26,866 bases of DNA from contig JBCBJQ010000081.1 of NCBI GenBank assembly GCA_038523235.1, positions 1-26,866 on the forward strand. Direction: 5' to 3'. A program made the position numbers and the translations under genes. Below are positions 26,637 through 26,866 of the stretch, piece by piece. Position 1 is the stretch's first letter, and every line of letters begins with the position of its first letter. Under the pieces are notes generated by a model. That model was given only the letters and a program-made list of their open reading frames with translations, had not been told where the DNA came from and ran no database searches. The stretch is from Cyanobacteria bacterium J06626_4 (GTDB lineage: Bacteria; Cyanobacteriota; Cyanobacteriia; Phormidesmidales; Phormidesmidaceae).

Positions 26637-26866
26637 AAATAAAGTCAAGCATCAAGTCAGAGAAAACTAATTATTCCCAATGGCAGACATGACTGAAAAT
26701 GCTTATTGCTTTTGTCCGACAGTTAATGAATTTCAACATTTAAGACTTGCGGGGGTGCTCGTTGAGAATTTGAGAAAATTGTCTCCTGATTATTCTAAGG
26801 CCGACATTAAGAACTTTTGCCGCTCATGGACTACAGACTTCCTGTTTAATCTATTACTGTCGTTCA
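26637..26866 (+). pseudogene. Internally deleted paralog of the 24835-25752 gene including flanks (runs off window)
   Basis: 26637-26790 aligns to about 24784-24936, and 26791-26866 aligns to about 25714-25790. The frame from ATG 26689 reads MTENAYCFCPTVNEFQHLRLAGVLVENLRKLSPD|YSKADIKNFCRSW... Confidence 0.85.

Noticed and set aside
26120..26692. ORFs 26120-26371, 26153-26335 and 26498-26692
   Set aside because: They are by-products of the frameshifted IS1 relic and its flank.
26637..26866. DGR template/variable repeat pair with the 305-aa gene
   Set aside because: The mismatches are not adenine-specific and no reverse transcriptase is in the window.

Overview
Cyanobacterial chromosomal window. 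It has abundant HIP1 GCGATCGC octamers, a phycobiliprotein lyase and gas-vesicle genes, and the GC-rich style suggests a Leptolyngbya/Nodosilinea-like organism (inference). The window opens with a compact gas-vesicle cluster, gvpA-gvpC-gvpN-gvpJ. Mostly housekeeping genes follow: an alkaline-phosphatase-superfamily enzyme, clpP, a DUF937-like protein, ndk, tRNA-Ser(GGA), a ferredoxin/SNase-like/IMPase/J-TPR/hisZ/ferredoxin cluster, a Cas4-like nuclease with tldD, DUF3611, a CpcS-family lyase, rpmG-rpsR-rnb, moeA, pepP and ppx. It ends in an AT-richer, HIP1-free accessory segment holding a GT-A-like gene, a decayed IS1 and an internally deleted second copy of that gene. The most notable observation is that GvpC and GvpN each end in a homologous winged-helix-like domain that is not part of the textbook architecture of either protein. 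All calls come from reading the sequence; no searches were run.
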